The notes under the pieces were generated by a model. That model did not search any database. It worked only from the letters and a program-made list of their open reading frames with translations, and was not told the DNA's origin. Made by a program: the position numbers and the translations under genes. Of a DNA stretch of 64,000 nucleotides, positions 1-14,600 are shown in pieces. Each line of letters opens with the position of its first letter. Within the stretch, counting starts at the first letter, position 1. Source of the DNA: Flectonema sp. DT1601 (taxonomy: Eukaryota); NCBI GenBank assembly GCA_964019425.1, contig OZ025780.1, positions 1,488,001-1,552,000 of the forward strand. The letters are read 5' to 3'.

Positions 1-2587
1 CTGGGATTTCAATCTTCCTTTTTTTTCTATTCCCCTCTTTGATGACCAGTATTCACAGCAGAGGTATTTCCTCTTAAACAGGATCTCAACTTTTTTTTTT
101 TTTTTTTTTGTGCATTGTGAGCTGAACTAAGACTAACAAAGTCATGTACAAATACATCAACCCAACCACAGTAATATATGATACGCTCATCGTTGTCCAA
201 GTGACAGACACCGAGGAGAGAGGGAAAAGAAACGAATCGCAGGTATGATGTGACAACTGTTGTCGCATGCGTATCTCTTTTTGAGAAACGAGTGTATGCT
301 GTCAACCAATGACCACTACATACCAAATACAAGGCTTCCTCAGTATCAATCTATGTGAGGAAAGTATAAGATCAAAAGAACAATATTAAAAAGAATTAAA
401 TGCAAAAAAGACCATGTTTCAAACATTAGATTTTCTTATTAAAATATAAAGGCAAGAATTAGTTGGTAGAATAAATCGTTCATCAGTGAAATAATAAATA
501 AGGAAACCTCACACAAGTTAGATCAAATGAAACAGTATTAAGTTTGATAAGAGGGGTAAGTCGATACGTCTTTTATTGCTTTTTTTTCCTTAAAATCTTA
601 TTAGAAGGAGGGAGATGTACCCAAATGCCACAAAACGAAAAAAAAAACTCTCACAAAAATAATGAAATCAACGCTGTGTACACATTTCCATTACAGGAAA
701 GTAATCTGTACCGTCGCTTCGCGGTTAAAGACTGAGGGAGTTGAGGGAAGAAAAGATAGATAAAAATGAAAAACCGACCACAATTCGCAGTCTGACTAAC
801 TCAAAACCGAAAAATACAGAAGGAATGAGGAAGAAAGTAAATCGACAATCCTTTCTTTGTCAATTGAAACTGTTTTTTTTCTTTTTTTTAAAGGAAGACA
901 ATAAAATATTCATAAAGAGGTACGTAGAGGAATCCTCAAACGGAGAACCTTTGTCAAGTAATTTAATTTTGTTGTTGATGTTGTTGTTGTTGTCGTTTTT
1001 TTTTTTTTTTTTTCTTGCCAACGGAAAAATTGGTCTAAAGGGAAAAAATATTTAATAAATAATAATAGAACTGGTGTTTCCACAGTCGCACATGAAAAAA
1101 TATAGAATAAACTGTCCAGTGGCTGCCTGTGGGATACCCACAACGCAACCCACGTAAGCATACATTACCAACAAAAACACTGCTAGTTTGTTGTTGGTTC
1201 ATGGATCGCAAATTGTAGGGGGGAAAAAAAAAAAGGGCAGGACGTCAAACCCGTAGTAAGTTCTTATTTTATTTTTTTTACATCAAGACAACTGCAACTA
1301 CTCACTGACCAACTAAATGGCAAAAAAAAAAAAAAAATAATAATATTATTATTAAAGTACAACACAACAATATTTTGATTTGGTTTTTTTTTTTTTTTTT
1401 TTTGTCTGGAAGTCTCAACGAAAAAATATACTGTGAGAACAGCAGACAAACATCTTTTTTTTTAATTTTATAATGAAAAAAAAAAAAGCTGAACAACACC
1501 AAGTAAAGTTCTAAAGGAGATTATGCGGCCTCACCTGGTCTTCGAAACAAAATGTTGAGCACTGTCGTTTCGCAGAGCCTCAGCATTTTGAACGTAAAAA
1601 GACTAGTTAAGTGGTCTCAAAATACACAATCAAAAAAAAGAGAAAAATGAAAGGGGAAAAAAAAAAAAAAAGGTTCTTCAAAGTAGACAGCCTACGTATG
1701 TCAAATATCTACGGAGACAACAAAAACTCAGCGATCGTCAGCTTCTACGATTCGCTGATATTTTTTTTAACTACTTATGTAATGAGGTGTCGGTAATTTA
1801 TTTTTTTTTTTTTTCCGGAAGTTCAATTTCCATAACTAAGACCATAAAAGGTTAGCAAAATATTACATATGTTGCCACACATTTTTGTTCCTCCTTTTTT
1901 TTTTTTTTTTTTCTTTTTCGATCTCACATTAAACAAACATGTCACCTTATGGCATAAATAAATTGCTGATACCCCATCTGGGATCGCTTTATTTCTTTTT
2001 TCAATTTTAAAAAACAAAAAGTCAGGCAACTATATGTCACATCGGTGGGGAGGGATGAAAAGCAGCAGACTGTCGGGTAATCAGTCCGGTTTTTTCATGA
2101 ACAGAGACGGAGGGAACCTTTCATAATATTCAAAACAAAACTGAAACAAAAAAACCTAATTTAAAAAAAAAAAAAAAACATGAGAAGGGAAGGGTACATC
2201 GTAAGATGTGAACATTACGAGGACTCAACCCGCCTGTCCACCTACGCAGTGTTATCGTTTGTTACCAGATCATGGGGAGAAGAGAAAATCCACTTTCAAT
2301 ACAAGAAGTAATATCTCAGATAAACGGCACACAAAATGCTCGAAACCGAATTATTAAAAAAAATATCCATACTTTGCGGAGGGGTGTGTGTGTGTGTTGT
2401 GTTGTGCGTGTTGTGTATATGATAAGCACAACGAATAAATCATCAAGTTACCGAATTATCTTTCAGAAGAGGTCTTATAAGTAGGACAGTGCCTGGACCT
2501 AATGAACAGATGTAGTAAAGTGTTCGTAATCACAACCAGAGAGACTGTCGCTCAATGATATAAATTACTTTTTTTTTTTTTTTTTTT

Positions 2588-4214
2588 TCATTCGGTACTT
2601 GAGGTGGGCAGATCTCGTAACGGAATCGGTAACACGGGATCGACGGGTTTTCTCAAAGGTGGTGATGGTGGTCTTGCAGAAGGCCAGGTACCTACGGAAT
2701 CTGAAAACAGATCATCACCTCCACACAGACTAGCAGCAGTCAGAGAGCCTTCATCATCACTGATGTCGCTATCGCTGTGAACAACTACTGAAAGATCATA
2801 GCCACCGTATTCAACACCACTTACACTTCGTCTGACAACAAAAAGAATTCCAATAACTGATGTAAGAGATAACAATAACGGTATTCTGTTTATTTAGTTT
2901 TATATATTTGTCATCACTGTAGTTGCGGCTCCTTAGGAGCTTTTAAAATAACAAAGAGATCACACAATTGTTTTTAATGTAGATTACTTCATAAAAATAC
3001 AACAACAAGAATACATACGCTAACACAGACTGGACTGTTACCCAAATAACACCAATCGTTAAGAGAGCTGTGAATGTTGCAGTGGCGTTACCATAGACAA
3101 GTAACTTGCTGCTTGACAGTCCTCTAATGCTGGTAATAATATTTGCTACACATGACGATTCGAGTGATGACAACAATAAATGAGTACCCAACCACAACAA
3201 CAGATATCCAACTATTCTCAATAAGTAAACCTCAACACCTGGATTACTAAGAGGAAGCAGCGGTTCAACTTTAAGGGAATTACTTATTATTGATATTGCT
3301 GCTTTTTCACTGTAGCCATCCACCTCATAAGGAACAAGTGAAAAGCCTTCTTTGGTGCGAATTTGCTTTCCTACAGCGATTACAGATTCAGGTGGGGTTA
3401 GAATATGCCATCTTAGTCGGAAGTCATTAGAAGCAGGGTTGCAGTTGCCTTGATTTAGATAAACCCAACCATCATCATTGCATTGTCTCAGATTATTTTT
3501 TGTAACGTAGTCACCAAAATTCCAAACTGTCGTTGGATGAAGCTGTTGAAGTTTTAAGATCTTCCAGTCTGCTTCATCAGAAGAAAATAGTGAAGTCTCT
3601 CCAAAAGTGTTGGGATTAAATCGATATGAGTCACTGCCAATAGCATCCCCCAACGACAACTGAGGTGTCATCATTTTGAAATCGAGTTCAAAGGAACTAG
3701 GCCATGGCTTATTATCACAAGGTTCTTTAAATTGAAGCTCACACAAAGTTTTATCGTTCGACAATAACTCGTTGTGGTGTCCAATAAATTCCTTTTTGAA
3801 AGTACCATCAGCTGACTTAACAAATTGAAATTGCTGAATTTCCCTATGAAATGATAAAAACCCGTTATGTTCTGTTGCGATTATTGGTAGTGTTTCCACA
3901 CCTTTTTCTTCAACAAGTCCAGCAAGGATGTGTTCCTCGACAGGAACCGATCCAAATGCAGGTTTAGTGTGGCATCCTCTCACAGAGACTAATTGATTAT
4001 TATTTACTTCTGTTGGTGTGCAGTTTCCAGTTGTTTTTAAATTATCAGTGACAGCTCTATTACCTTTCCAAATATACACCGCATGCAATTCAGTAACTGC
4101 CAGGATAACTATTCCACTCAAGATTGACATCAACCCTAAAGGAGCAAGAGATAACCCGAGAAACTTACATCTTAACAGCGAATTGCCGTTGTTGCTACCG
4201 TCGCTGTTAGTCAT
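2588..4214 (-). CDS. TMEM43-family (DUF1625/LUMA-like) membrane protein, 2 exons (4214-3019, 2885-2588), ~497 aa
   Basis: N-terminal TM helix, then a lumenal domain with 'NNNQLVSVRG', 'WVYLNQG...DFRLRW', 'AVGKQ' and 'LVPYE' motifs, then 'LLRIVGYLLLWLG' and further TM helices, as in TMEM43. A GTATGT...AACAG intron (2886-3018) joins the two ORFs in frame. Confidence 0.7.
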
Positions 4215-4442
4215 TTCCGATAGATATTCGTTTTTTATTTAAGCAACTCAACGTTCATATGGTTGGTTATGGGTTCTTTTATTATAACAAGGGAAAAGGG
4301 AGGTGGGTGCTTGAAATAATCCTGTTGAAGTAGTTTAAAGAAGAACACATTTAAATAAAACTATTTGGTGAAAAATTTCTTCTTTTTTTTTTTTTTTTTT
4401 TTTTTGAGTCCCGTTGTGTAAATGGAAAAGTACAAGAACTCA

Positions 4443-4811
4443 CTAGATACTATCGTTGTTGCAGTCACTAGGTTGAGTGTCACTGCAATCGTTGTCGAGG
4501 TGCTTTTGAAACAATTCTTCTCGAGAAGGAACTTTCGCGGCTACTACTGCGCCACAAAGCCCTCCAGAGAGAGAACTCACAACCAGTGAGTCAGCAATAC
4601 CTAATCCCAGTAGTGGTGTCGCACAACCAGTTACTACACCACTACATGCACCAGAAGCACAACCCCACTTGCTGCCTTCACTTATCTTAAATTCAGTTCC
4701 TTCCGTATTAAATAACACTTTTCCAGTACTCAAAGCAACGATTACTAACAAACCTCCAGCAGCACCTCCAGAAACTAATCCGAGACTTCCACACATTAAA
4801 ATAGATGTCAT
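4443..4811 (-). CDS. Small Gly-rich hydrophobic (membrane) hypothetical protein
   Basis: ORF 4443-4865 with first ATG at 4811; GxxxG-rich hydrophobic segments; same strand as neighbours. No family recognised and the start is uncertain. Confidence 0.45.
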   Translation of the reverse strand: MTSILMCGSLGLVSGGAAGGLLVIVALSTGKVLFNTEGTEFKISEGSKWGCASGACSGVVTGCATPLLGLGIADSLVVSSLSGGLCGAVVAAKVPSREELFQKHLDNDCSDTQPSDCNNDSI

Positions 4812-5453
4812 GATTTCCCCAAGGGGGGGGACACTTACAGGGATGGAGGAGCCAGTACGAAGCACCTTTGAACAATGATATGTTTCCCTTTGCTTTTACT
4901 GCGGGTGGTAAAAATGTGTCTTGAAATGCGTCAACTACTTTCCAACTGAACCTACTTGATACAAAAAAAAAGCATTAATTGTAAATAAGGGAAACAAGAA
5001 AGAAAAAGAAAACCAGAATCGTCTTTTAGAAGTGTAAAAGTATCGCCCAACGGCTTTTAAAAAAACTAAAAAAAAAAATTTTAAAAAAATTCGATTTTCA
5101 AATTCGTAGTGCATCCCTCACCCCTAAAGTGGATAAAGGAACGCACATATAATTAACTCATTATTCCTTTCCATGGCCAAGTCTTTTTTTCAAGACAATT
5201 CTTTATTTATGAAAAAAGGTAACAACGTCCATCAATAAACATTACGATAACAAATTGAAGGGTACAAAGTTGTAACCGCGTTGACGGAAGTCATGCGGCT
5301 GTAATAATAAAAAGAAAAAGTACTTTCTTGCATAAAATGAGATGAATGTTTTCACACATTGGAATCAGAAATCAAATCAGTAACAGACCATCAGAACCGT
5401 TGAAGTGAGTGTGTTCATCCATCTTTACACGCAGAAGTGCTCATTAAATTAAT

Positions 5454-8400
5454 TTAATTTTCAAGGTCGTCATTCTCATCTTTGGCGTCCTTCTCTGACC
5501 CAAAGCGAGCCCTTCTTTGCGACTCTCTGGATTGCTTTCGCTTTTGTCTTTCAGACCTGGCTGCGTGAATTCTGTATGATCGCTGAATAGCTTCTGCTGC
5601 TTCGTTTTCATTTTTTAAATTTTGTGGATCATCGTTCGCTTGTTGGCCGCAATGATGTTTCCGAGTTTGGTGCCCCCGCCACACACGTTGAATTGCAGTT
5701 GCGTTCTCATCCCTGTGAAGAGACTGATTGGTGTAGAGATGTTCAGCTTGGTGACGGGAACGTCTTTTGCGAGATGAGGAACATCGCCAAGCACATTGGA
5801 TGGTAACTGCAGACCTGTCAATTCGATTTTCACATTTTACGTTAAATCGAATGTGCTTACGAACATATCGACGAGTGTCCGCTACATCACATTCAGCAAT
5901 TCTTTTTCTAACTTGACGTTGAATACGAGCAGCGGCCTCGTTCTGCAACTCTCGTAGATCGAAAGTCGCTTTGGATTCAATTTGCTTCTCTAATTCTTCT
6001 TTCTTTTGTTGTCGGGCTGCTTTTGATTTTTGTATTTTTCGCAATCCCTGAATTCTAATAGCCGCAGCCTCCTGATCGTTGGTATCGAAGGTACTTTCCA
6101 GTTGTACTTCTAGTTGACGACTTCCCATTATCATCATGGCTCGTTCACGACGAAGAACTCGAGCTGCTGTGTATCTACACATTCTCTGAATTACACAGGC
6201 AGCATACCAGCGTCTGACAGGATCAGAGCTTCCTGCCACACGGGACTGTTCACTAGCTGCATTCAGAGCCATAAATGAGATGCCTGAAACATCACCAAAA
6301 CTGTCACGTCGGCTACCTCCGACTGGTTTCCCCGGAGGTGGTTTTGGCTTTCGCAGTTTTTGCTGCTCTTCTACAAGCTCTTGTTGCAATTTACGCAGGC
6401 AGATAGCTTCATTTTCTGCTTCGATGACAGATTTTGTATTTACTTTCTCAAACTCTTTTGATATCGGAGATGCTTTTTCGTAGATTTCTGTCGCCGTTTG
6501 CGGTGAGACGACGGCATGCGGTGAGTTGGTTTCGTCTTCGCGGACCTCATCGACGACCAGTTCTTCAACAGATTCATCATTTCCGTGTTTGAGTGATTCT
6601 AAGTAACGAAGGGCACCTTCATTCTGTTTTGTGTTGTTATTTTTAGTAAATTATGACAAAGGTACAATAGTAGTAGATGTGTACATACAACTCCTTCTTC
6701 AATCTGACGATCAAGATGAGACTCCTTTTCTTTTTGCTCTCTCTGATAATTTAATATTCGAAGTTGATCTTCAGCAACACGCTGCTCTTCTTCAGGAGGA
6801 TGTATTGTAGAAGACGTTGCCCAGAAGTCTTCCTCGTGAATGCGGACCTGACGGTGGCGTTCGGCAGCTCGATTTTCAACTCGTCGTCGATCTGCTTCAT
6901 TCCGTGCGGCATTCCCGCGTAAAATTGATTGAATCTTTGTGGCTGCTTCAGCTTCGGTTTCAGCTTCCATGTCTCCAGCTCCGGAAGTAGGAAGATCACT
7001 CTGAGGAGTGCTACCACCAGCTGCTAAGAATGCGGAGATATCAAAGTCAGGAACTACAATTCGAGTGGCTACCAAGTCTTGAAATCCGATTTCCTCCTCC
7101 GGTTCTTCTTGTGCATCCTCTTTGGTGCAGTTGTTTCCATCATCAGGTTCTTGAGGACCTGAAGGAGAGTGTTGTCTATTACACAGAACGGGATTTCTGT
7201 AGCCTGCCAGTTGTTGCGCAGCCTTAGCAGCGAATTCTCGATCTTCTTCAACCATTCGCTCTGATTCTGACTTCATCTTCCCTTCAAGTAATGATGCAAA
7301 CTTTCTCCTCATATTACGAGCCTTTGCCCACTGTTGTAGTTTCTTAACTGCAGCGCTTCGGATCTCTAATTCGACTTCTTCGGCAAACTCTACGCGGCGT
7401 TGATGAACCTGGTTTTGAGTTTTATTATTATTCTGCGCGCTGTACTTTACATTACATGGTGAAGGTCAACAGTTTGATAGATGGTAACACAACACAACAC
7501 AACACAACACAACACAACACAACACAACACAACACAACACAACACAACACAACACAACACAACACAACACAACACAACACAACACAACACAACACAACAC
7601 AACACAACACAACACAACACAACACAACACAACACAACACAACACAACACAACACAACACAACACAACACAACACAACACAACACAACACAACACAACAC
7701 AACACAACACAACACAACACAACACAACACAACACAACACAACACAACACAACACAACACAACACAATACATACCAACTGTTTGGCCTTAAATCGACGAG
7801 TAGCTCTTTGTAAAACATGAACAGACTGTTCTTCCAGTATTTGAGATTGACCACATAAATTATGTTTCAGATCTGATGCTTCACAAACATCAATAATACC
7901 AGTCAGGATGGTTGGAAGAGAAGTGCCGCATATTTGAACAGTATCTTCACCACATGGAATAGTTCGTTCTAAAGTTATGTATCTCGTACTCGCATCGTAA
8001 ATTACTTTAGTAGCATAATGGCTAAATAGACTATCTACATACACTACCGGGAGATTATCTTCTATTTTAAAAGTTACAGCAGAACCTGTTAACGTTTTAA
8101 ACTCCACTGATGGTGGTGGTGGTGGAGGAAGATTGAATACTTCACTCAATTCACTCAACAGAGGTACACGAGTAAGACTCGATTCGATTACAAATGATAA
8201 ACCTCCTCTGTTTGTTTCAAACAGACTTCCTAACATCTCTTCCTTTGATAATATATTCCGCTTTGGCGATATAATTTTTATATTATTATAATCGCTGTGG
8301 ATCATGTCTTGATCGACTGTCAGTTGTTCTTCTCGCAGTGCTTTTGGAAGGTGTTTTTTTATTTCATTTTCTCTCAGTATTTCCGCTTCCTTTCTCTTTT

Positions 8401-11400
8401 GATCTTTTCTTGTTAAATATCCACGTGTTGATGCCTGAAGCTTTACAGCCGCAGCATTTATTTCTGCAACCCTATCATTCTGAAGAGAATCCAATATAGT
8501 GTGTCGATGTTTAGTCTCTACTCTCGCCAAGTATCCTTTCCAACAACTACTGATAACCGTGGCGTAGTGATTGCTTGCTTGTGATGCAACTCGTTTTTTG
8601 CGTTCCTGTTGAGAATTATTTAAGTTACTTGAGATTATGTTTTGTTGTGTTATTATTTTAATTAAATAAAAGCAGAAGGTATACCTGTCGTAATCTACGA
8701 ACACAGCGCATCGCCCAAATGCGTTTTATAAAACATTGCATTGCGACAATCGAGTAGATACGTCTACCTACAAGGCTGCGTTCTCGTTCATTTCGTTGAA
8801 GAAGTTGGGAATGTTTCGCTTCAGTGTATCCGAGGTGACCTCGCCAACAACGTTGGATAGTTGTGATTGAATAATTTCGATATTCAATTCGTTCACGAAG
8901 TTCACGAGTTCTAATTCGAGTTGCTCGCATCGACTTAGCCAGCTGTCGACTTCGATAACCTTTCCAACTAGCTCTGATTTGAGTAGCAGCGTGTTGACGT
9001 AATGCCTCACCGTCTAATTGATGCTGTCTTCTTATTCTACCTCTAAGTGTGTCAGCTAATAATCTCGCTCTGTATCCTCGAAATACTTTTTGAACGCGAA
9101 CAGCTGCACATCTTTTCTTTTCAGTTTCAAGTCGTTGCTTCCAAACTTGTTGTTTACGCTGTCGGAGTGATTTTATTTTAATTGAAGCCTGAACACGTCT
9201 TGTAAAACATTGAATAACACAAACAGCCCAATTCATTTTAGTATAATAAGTTCGAAGACGTTTGGCATTGCGACGAGCAAGCCAGCCACGTGCTTGACGT
9301 TGAATTGAAGTGGCTGCAGCACTTCGTTGTTGGAATTCGACCATTGCCTCATGTTCCAACCTCCTACGATTGCTATTTAATTGGGATACATATCGAATGA
9401 ATTTTGTTATTTTTTTAGCACTTTCATTCTCTCGATAAAGTCGAGACATAGCCTGACGGGTTCTAATTTCTCTGTTCTTCTCAACTAACAGTCTGGCTGA
9501 CATACTTCTGTAAGAACATTGAATTCTAAGAGCTGCCTGGAACTGTTGTTCAAAAGAGTCCTCGTCTTTGAGAAGCTTAACTAGCAATTGGTTCATGTAA
9601 GTTAGCGCGTCTTCTTTTCTTTTATCATCATCACGCAGGTCATCGTGTCTTCGTATGTTACGTTGCTTTGTAGGTTCCGACTTCTCTTTTCGATGTTGAG
9701 GAGCTGAGTACTCTCCACCATCTCTCTGTTGGATAGGGTCTTTCGATTGATGCTCGGTGACTTCCGCTATTTGTTGATTTGATGTGACTACTTGTCCTCG
9801 ATGACCTCCCGAACCACCTCGAGAACTATGAGGAATATTATTATAAAACTCTTTCTTCTGTTGAGTGTTTTTAGAATGTTGTTGTTGATTGTTGTCATGT
9901 TGTTGTTTCTCATTCAGAGAATGTGATGGTGCACCTTGTGGGGCTTTTCTCGCACCTCTCTGTAGCGGCTGTGTTGGTGGTGTTGGCCTCATAGCCCCAA
10001 CTCCCTTCTGCGGAGGTTGTGGAGGGACTACAGGAGGACCATTCCCAGAGCTCTGATTCATCGACTCCCTACTAACATTAGCTTCGCCTTTAATCATTTT
10101 AGGTGAAGACAGTCTCCTCATCCTCGATGCTTGAGTTCCTGTAGTGAGAACCTTTCCCTTTCCTTTTCCCTTTCGTCTTCTCTGGGACACGTCACGTGTT
10201 GGGTTGTCTGCCCCACGCTCAGTTAGAATCATTCCTGAGTGATAATTATTATTATTATTTTGGGGGTTTTTTTATATCAAATGTATTAAGGCATGCCTTA
10301 CTGTAAAATAGTAGTTCATGCATGACTTGGTATACACAACTGAATGTATTTCTGCAAAAAAAAAAGAAATCGTTTCCAACAGCCTTGGTACGAATGTAGA
10401 ACTTTAGCCACTGAGAAAAGTCAAAAAAAAAAAGAAATTCCGGAACCCAATTTAATTAACCACACGATACAATATATAAATCACAAACCTGTGTCAGCTG
10501 AATAGTCAGGATTAAGTTCTTGCTGAAGCTGATTTGCAGACATCATTCTACTAGTGGCCGTAGGAACGGTATCTGGAGATTGAGAGACCTGAGGAAGTGG
10601 TGATATTAAAGGCAACACATTTCTATCATGCTGGGCATTTGGAGATGATTTCGTAGCTGGAGGAGAATTCGATAATTCATAACCAGAGTGACCCATCGCC
10701 TTCGTTCGAGATTGATTGCTCCCCCCTGTGCTCGTTGGGTTATATTTTTCCTTTTTATTTCGATTTATTTTCCGTGATTTCCACGTCGCATTACTGTGAT
10801 TTAATTGATTGCCAGAACCCACTACCTTCTGAGCTCGTATCATTGCTTTTTTTACTGCGATAGTTGTTTGATGATTCTTTCCCAATTCCTTGCCAGCAGT
10901 GCTAACTGCTGCCGCATAGGATTCGACAGCGTCAGACCTGTTGGGTAGTTGGTGTTGTCACTGGGATGTTATTTATAACAATTTAAAAATACACTAACAT
11001 ACTTATCTTCAAGGGAACTAGACGACTCCTGAGCCATGGCTAAGTTATGATACGCAATAGCGAGAAGTGAACTCTCCTCAGCTGTTCTTTTTGATACTTG
11101 TGTTAGTAGACCCACAGCACGTCTTGCAGTACCGATGGCTTCCTGATGACGAGAGAGTTGAGTTAGAATGGCGCTGATGTTTAGACTCGTCGTGGCTGAA
11201 CTATTCCTCTCAATTTGTGACGATAATGTGAGGTGCTTGAGTGCTGCTTCATTATTCCCACGACGTCGTTCCATACACCCTAAGTTATTTAAAGTAGTTG
11301 CTCTAAGACGAAGTCTAAGATCATCATCACCACTAAAGTAAACAGCTCCAGGACGTTCTTCTGTTAACTTCATAGCACGCTGTAAGAATGTTGCAGCCTG

Positions 11401-11697
11401 ATTGTGTTTGTCTGATTTAAAGCATCTGACACCTGCAGCGTTGTATCCAACACAAAGTTTCTCTGCTGCGTTGTGAACTTCTTTCTCTGGGAGGAATCCT
11501 CTGTTGACGAGTTCTTTTTTATACGGAAGAAGTTTTTCTTCTATTTGAATAATCGCTACAGGATTTCCTTCAGCATCACGACGGGACTCTTCAAGTTCTC
11601 TAACTACTTGTAGTAGACTCTGAACTTCATTATCATCAGGAGGACTATTATACATCCTGTCATCACCTTCATAAGTATGAGGTACTGCCGCCTCCAT
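5454..11697 (-). CDS. Large TPR + multi-IQ (calmodulin-binding) protein, 6 exons (11697-11003, 10937-10489, 10234-8685, 8605-7775, 7408-6689, 6623-5454), ~1804 aa
   Basis: Five GT-AG introns join six ORF-track fragments in frame (5415 nt total). N-terminal TPR-like repeats (TTLNNLGC, IAYHNLAMA); about 19 IQ-like motifs (e.g. AAVRVQKVFRGYRAR, NATAIQRVWRGHQTR). Confidence 0.85.
7486..7767. repeat. Perfect (AACAC)n pentanucleotide microsatellite, ~56 units, inside intron 4 of the IQ gene
   Basis: Seen directly; it explains the spurious CCVVL and TTQHN ORFs. Confidence 0.98.
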
Positions 11698-14600
11698 TGT
11701 CTTGCTGTTTTAGAAGTGTACTTTATAATCGATAATTGAAACTCTGGTGACGCTCTTTTTCAAACTGTCTCACATGTACAATATTATTATTCTAACCTGT
11801 TAGTTGTGTTAAGGGAAGAAGGGAAGGATTTAATGACACAGTTTGTAATTATCGTATTATAAACTCACCACTACAACAACGCACAAGACTTGCGATAAAT
11901 AATACTAGTCGATGTGCCTACTGACGAAGCAGTAAAAGGAGAGGAAGGGAGAGGAAATGGGCAGGGAGGGTAGGTTTTTTTTTTTTTTTTTTTTTCCAAA
12001 TACTAATTTTTTTTTTATAGAATATGTGGTTTTCGAATCGCTTTTCTTTTTTTTTTTTTTTTTTTTTTTTTTCCTCAACAATAAAAGGTAGGGAGACCGT
12101 AGCCACATTTATCTAAGTGAGAACCAGAATTGGAAAGAATGCTAGCCATTTCAGCTGTTGCGAGATTTTCGTACGTTAAGTAAGAATCTTGTTTATTTTA
12201 TGTTTTTTTTTTTCATTTATTTATTTTTCGCCTTCGTTCGTTTATGTCACTCCCCACAACAGCAGAACGAAACCTAGTCGAGGCCAAACCCGAATGACTT
12301 GCTTGAACAGACGGAGAAGAGAAAAAAACCCTTTGTTGGAAAGAATTATCCTCCCTTTAGTCATTATTGTTCTTGACATGTTTCTTCTTCTATGGAAAAA
12401 GAAAGCACTGCATAAAATCAATTCGGAATTAACTCCCACTTGCGATTTTGAACGCTGCCCTTTATGAAGCGTTTTGAGAGATAAGAAATAGTTAAAAAAA
12501 AGGGTAAAAGGAATGCATCCTCAAAAAGAAATATAGAAGTGCTGGGTGCACCAGCCAATGGTGTAGTAAGGGAAGTAGGGGAATACTTCAAAAAAACATA
12601 GTGAACCATCCAATTAAAGTAAGGATTTTAACGTGTACCTTCTTTAGCGGTTCAATTTGCTTACAGTTGTTAGCAGGAAAGGATATGGGGGAGGGCTGTT
12701 ATAAATACATAACTTACTTATTTGTTAATGAAATGTACTATAACAGAAAAATTCTCGTACGACCAAAAAAAAAAAAACCAGGCTTCGCCTGATAAGTAAA
12801 AAGATTAAGTTTCCCATGGGGATAGCAAAAAGCGATTTTTTTTTTTTTTTTTTTTCTTGTTCCTTTTTCCATAGTAATTTACAAGATTGACATCATCACA
12901 TTGTTACATCGAAGACATTGGATTTTCTCAGTGAAATAACAAAAAAAAAAAAAAAAAAAAGTGATGATGGTATTTACAAACCCGCAAAAGACTTAGCTCG
13001 CAGGTGCTTACACGAAAAGCCCTGAAAAAAAGAAAATATTAATTTTGGTTGCAATTCCATCCATATCGATCAGGTGATAGCACACATCAATGCAACATAT
13101 TAAGCACATCGCAATAGAACTGGTGATAGACTCTGATAGATCTCCCATTGGATGATAAGATTAATTTTCAGCTTTTTTTTTTTTTTTTATTTGGTCATAA
13201 ATATCATAACAAATGCTCGGGAAAAGAAGGGGAGGGACTTGGATAAGTAAATCAAGAAGGGATGGGAGAGAGGAGGAGGGAGGGGGAAAAAAACTTGACA
13301 CAGCCTGAAATCAAATCAATTCGAAGTTAAAATCTCATGACAATTAACTCAATCAGGACAGGGACGGTTATTTAAAAAAATCATTTTTCGCCAAGGGGGG
13401 AAAAACCGACTAACGCTCCCAAGTGGTGTAATCGAGGCCGTTTCGCGACAAACCCTAGGTGGGATAACAATAATCCATATTTTACCATAGCAAGAAGCTC
13501 GGCGCCCAGTGAATGTCCGATAATGTTACTGCATTCGAAAACAATATGGACATCTCTCAATCGATGAGACTATCGCTAAGGCAATCATGGTTCACCTTGT
13601 CATATCGCCTTCCCGAACTTTCCTACCACTTTTCCCCTTTGGCTCCTTTTTTCCAAAGAGAATTAAAAAACCGGTTTTACCGCTGTCCTTAATGAAATTA
13701 AAAAAAAAAGAAAACAACTTGATGATTTAAAGCACACGGTAAGAATGAACACACTCCTTACGAGGAAAAATAAAAAATAAGGAAGAAAGAATTATTGGTG
13801 TTTAAAGTCGTTTAGGAACGCAAGGAAGTTGTGATTTTTGGTGCTTTTAATACCTCAGGGCATCTCAGCCATCTGTCAGTGGCCATGCCAAAAAAAAAGC
13901 ATCAATGTTTTTTTTTTTAATTAAACAATACCGTTCTGAAGTAGGTAGTATTAAAAAACAGTTCTGGTTTCGATATAATACTTTAAAAATTAATCTTCAG
14001 GCAACTACTCCTACCCCATCCTTCTTCAGTGAAGAAAGTAAGGGTACACTGCAGAATCACGCTGTCATAATAAAGTTGTTAGTAAGAAAGTAAACGACAT
14101 CCACACCACACAGAGATGTGGTTATCAGCGCGAAGTAATGAGCTGAAGACCACGTATCTCCAGATGAGCGCAAGTAAATAAAAAGAAGAAGAAAAAAAAG
14201 GAAGAGAGACTTCTCAGAGGGAGGAATACAAAAAAAGAAAAAAAAAGAACATTGCCCTACGATATAGACAATATCAACCCTATGACTTTCACGTAATTTA
14301 AAACGTTAAAATTCCAGCTGAAACGTTAAAAAAAAAAAAAAAAAAAAAAAAAGACACTACTGATGTACAAAAGAAATGTTGAACAAATTACTGGCGTGTC
14401 TTGCTGCCAGCAAAAGCATAAAATACACGGTAGACCAAACAGGTGTGTGCTCTAGGAGGATGATCTGCACATCGTCTACATAGACGAAGGTAAAGCTTGA
14501 TCATAGTTTTTTTTTTATATTTAATTTTATTTTATTTTTACTTTCTTTAGTTAGTTTGTTATCAAAGTCCAGTATCTGATGAATGCAGATAATCTGTTTA

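Noticed and set aside
27..352. Possible minus-strand exon(s) at the window start
   Set aside because: Plausible splice sites exist, but there is no recognisable motif or start, so a gene call is not supported.
7447..7854. CCVVL and TTQHN repeat ORFs
   Set aside because: Translations of the intronic (AACAC)n microsatellite.
13415..13475. tRNA-like start (GCTCCCAAGTGGTGTAATCG)
   Set aside because: No T-arm (GTTCRA) and no acceptor-stem pairing.
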